Source: Klebsormidium nitens
Lineage: Eukaryota; Plantae; Klebsormidiophyceae
Assembly (NCBI GenBank): GCA_000708835.1
Contig: DF236951.1
Span: 310,101 to 374,100 of the forward strand
Length of the DNA: 64,000 nucleotides
Reading direction: 5' to 3'
Made by a program: the position numbers and the translations under genes. A model generated the notes under the pieces. The model was not told the DNA's origin. It saw only the letters and a list, made by a program, of their open reading frames with translations, and made no database searches. Positions 60,561 to 64,000 of this stretch are shown here, one piece after another; position 1 is the stretch's first letter, and each line of letters opens with the position of its first letter.

Positions 60561-61779
60561 CGTAAGTAGCGACTTGGTCCAATCTTTTGGCGTGTGTCGC
60601 CAGAGGAAAGATTGGACGAAACAGAGATATGAACGACCATTGTTGCCGAGGTCGCTTCGTTGCATCATCGTCGCAAGCGACCAGCGCTAGGCTCGCTTGA
60701 GGGTTGCCGCCCGCTGTTTTCGTATTGCTTATAAATGCAATGAGTTCCGTGATCTAGAAGAAAGTTCCGCCAAATTTTCGTCCGATCCTGTTGAGTGCTC
60801 ACATCCGCTGAGGCGCATGATGGCATGCATGAGCCTAGGCAGCGGCCTTTCCATTCCGCCTCTTTGACGTCTGCAGTATGCACATGGATAGTGAATGGCA
60901 ATCCATCTACTAAGACCGTTTTTTTGGCCGTGCTTAAGATACAGGTATGATTAGGTAGTCAAGATGTTTTTTAAGTTCAGTGAAGGTAGGAATATGAATC
61001 AAAAAGGGCCGAGCTTTCGAATTGGCTGCATTCGCACGGAAAGCAGGCTATAGATGGCTAGAGCTGGTTATAAGTTGAAATCATAACGTATACATCCGAT
61101 GCGTTGGTTACATACTCAGTCGACAATTTCTATATATAGCTGATTGAAATGTAAAGACGCACAGGATTTCTCATGCCCACACCGAGCTCTTGTATTATCG
61201 AGATGGAGTTCAGCTCACGATGAGGAAGCTGGCATGTGCAGCTGCACCTGCACTGTTAGTGCCATTGTATTTGTACAAGTGGAAATCAAATGTGGGAACT
61301 TCAAAATTAAGTGATGCCATGATCGTGCAGAGTCGCCAACATCCAAGTAAGTACGTTTACTGCAAATGGTAGCACATTTAAATTGTCAAAAAAGGATCAG
61401 TGGGCCGGCCAGTTTTACTATGTACCAAGCTCTAGGGAACTGTTCCAAGTACTTCAGTCGCCTTTTGCTAGACGAGGATCAATCAGATGTGGACGAACTA
61501 TAGCTACCTCTGCGTCCAGGTCATATATTGCTATGGCGGCCTGGGACCATGACGCTTGTGCATGCTAGCTATTGGATGCTCAAAATTATATACGGCCTGT
61601 TCATTCGTACCACTTATTTTGTGCCACGTCTATGATGACCTGTAAGATTTATTTTTGAGTCCTGTAGGCCTGCAATAGGTATCATATGAAGAACGGAAGA
61701 CTCAAGCTTCACCAACCCGCGGCTCTGACAGAATTGGCGACACTAACCACGCTAAGCGGTACTGATGCCGTTTCCACAA

Positions 61780-63910
61780 TCATTCATCTGCCAGCGTGCC
61801 CAAGACTACACTCAGGGCCGAAGCCACGGTCAAACGCACTTCCGCACTTGGGTCGTCGACACCCAACCGAACCAATCCAGAGACCACCTGATCGACCTGT
61901 ACCTTTTGTACCTTATTGCCTCTAGCCTCGACAACCAAGCAGGCTGCAAAGAGCGCTGCGCTGCTGCGCACCGCGGGCCAAACGCTCTTGATTTCCGATA
62001 GGGTGACGTCAATGTACAAACTCAGCCGCTCATCATAATGCTCACTCAGCTGCGCGGCAATGCCTTGAAGTGGCGGATTACGAACGTTCCCACCACTACT
62101 GCTGCTCCCTGCGATCAAGGGGGAGAAGTCCACTCCCGGAAAACTGGGTGCCAGCGTCTCGAGGGTTTTCCGGCACGCAGACCGGACCGTCGCTGCGGGA
62201 TCCTCGATGTGGAACACGACACGTGGCAGGCCCTGGTGTATATAGTCGGCAAACTCTGGCGTCGATGCGCCCTCCTTGAACCTGACGATGAAGCCGAAGG
62301 TCGCAAATGCGGCCGCGCGGACGGGCGTGTGCTGGCGGGTTTGGAGATGTAGGAGCTTCTCCGCGAGCGTGAGCAGGTGCGGGTGCACCGCGTCGGGGCT
62401 GGCTTCCGTCAGCAGCGGCTCCAGGCCGCAGAGGACAGTAAAGATGACGTCCTCTGACGTGTCGTCCAGGAGCGGGATGACGCTGGAAAGGACGCCCGGG
62501 GCGTACTGGGCCATCGCTATGGACGGAACCTGGGAAGAAAACATTTCTGCATTCGTTACAAACCTCAATAAGCAGCAGAGCAGGTGGTGAAAGCGGTTGT
62601 CAACATGAGCGCAACAGCTCAGAGTGTACAAGTCCCCGGGCGAAGATATGCGTGAGGTGGAACGTAAGTGGGCTGCTGTATAAGAGTGAGACATTAAAAG
62701 CTCCCATCCTTCGCCCGGGGAAACGGGATGCAGACCATTTGTATAGAGGGGATCGCAAGACAGATGTTCTGAAGTGCCTCGTCCCCACTTGCTTCTCAGG
62801 ATACACACAAAAGGGGGGTTCTACAGCACCGGACACGCACCTGTGTCAGTCCCCGCACGCAGAACTTCCGGACCGTCCGCTCCTCGTCGTTGACGTGCCC
62901 AATCAGCCTCTCCACCAGCTGACTCAGCAGCTCCTCGTTCTCCGCCACGTGTACCACAAACCCGGAGAGCGCCGCCGCTGCGATTGCTCTCTCTTCCACC
63001 CGCTCACACCCCAACGCCGGCCACAGTTCCTTACACACGTGGGCGATCCTGGACCGTCGACTGCCCGCGATGCAGACCACGATCTCGTCGATCAGGTCCG
63101 TCCATCGGTCGCTACGCGCGATGAACTCTGGGCCGTTGGATGAGACTGCGGCGGCCATCTTCTGGTCTGACGTGGCAGCGCAGAAGGCTTGAAAGGTGGT
63201 GACGTAATCGTGGGCCAGAACGGGGTTCAGCGGGGTGCGGCGGACGGGCGCAATGCGGAGGAGAAGCGTGGCAACTGTCTGCGGGTAACGCTCGTTGGTG
63301 CATACTGCGGCAATTGGAGTTCCGGGCCTGTACAAGAAGCAAAGTTCACATACTTTACCTGTATGTGACCGATCGAGAAGATGCTAGGAAAGAGAGACCG
63401 GAAGAAGATTTGAAGAAGATCAACAAGCCTAGCGAAGTTGTAGGCGCAACCTAAAACTCCTGGGAATTTGCAAAGGCAGGTGTAGATGGCCAGCCCGCCA
63501 ACGAAACCGATTTAGTAGTCAGACTTTGTGTCTAAACCACCAATGTCAAAGCTACATTTCGTGCAATGATCTAAGCGTTCAACAACCTCAAAGGTTATCA
63601 TCAGTCGCCACCAGCGGTCTGGACTTGCACAAGATTTTTGTGATGCATGCCGTTCAAAAAATCAGGCGGTTCGGCCTGCAAAGTGGACTGCGCTAAGAGA
63701 AGTGCATGCCCCAGAACGAGAAACGCACCTCAGAACCACGCCAAGCGCCCACGTGGCAGCGTCAGAGATGTTGAAGTCTGAGGAGTGCCCAGCCGCCTCT
63801 TTCTTTTCGCCATCGGGTCCTTTAGCTGCGCCCCCGGGCATTGGAGGCCTTATCAGCGCCAGGAGAGCGTCACAGAGCTCGAGGGCTAATCCAGGTTGGT
63901 CCGCCAAAGC
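61780..63910 (-). CDS. SGR6: HEAT-repeat protein SHOOT GRAVITROPISM 6 / MROH1-like, 3' exons only
   Basis: Exons 63910-63729, 63327-62841, 62529-61780. HEAT repeats (VRKFCVRGLTQVP, PVRAAAFATFG, LPRVVFHIEDPAATVRSACRKTL). The gene continues beyond the window end. Confidence 0.85.
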
Positions 63911-64000
63911 CTGCAACATGAAATTAAAAAGACTTCGTCCAAAGGTTGCCTCCCTATCCAGTGTATCGCGGAGTTGGGGAGGCTTGTTTGTAAAAAGAAG

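Noticed and set aside
1-64000. CRISPR arrays, rRNA, tRNA, prokaryotic operons or terminators
   Set aside because: None seen; the window is spliceosomal-intron eukaryotic DNA.

Overview
Eukaryotic, intron-rich nuclear DNA with GC-rich exons and GT-AG introns. The gene content (plastid HSP90, PTF2, BODYGUARD, SMO1, SGR6 and a ciliary-type coiled-coil protein) points to a streptophyte green alga, Klebsormidium-like; this is inference. I assembled exon chains by hand using splice sites and phase. In order: plastid HSP90 (minus, 3'-partial); a 450-bp PIF/Harbinger-type MITE lying between that gene and a heat-shock element; a QRICH2/C16orf96 (DUF4795)-like coiled-coil gene with two GC-AG introns; a ~14-kb accessory block (intronless OTU deubiquitinase ORF, an orphan ORF, and two tandem paralogues of an uncharacterised LURP/scramblase-like protein, the second a pseudogene); a secreted multicopper oxidase carrying fungal Fet3-type ferroxidase motifs, a GPI-like tail and a perfect 37-bp intronic hairpin; PTF2; an Slm1-like BAR-PH gene; a BODYGUARD-like hydrolase head-to-head with SMO1; and the 3' end of SGR6/MROH1. 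I saw no rRNA, tRNA or CRISPR features. Family assignments come from motifs recalled from memory, not from database searches.
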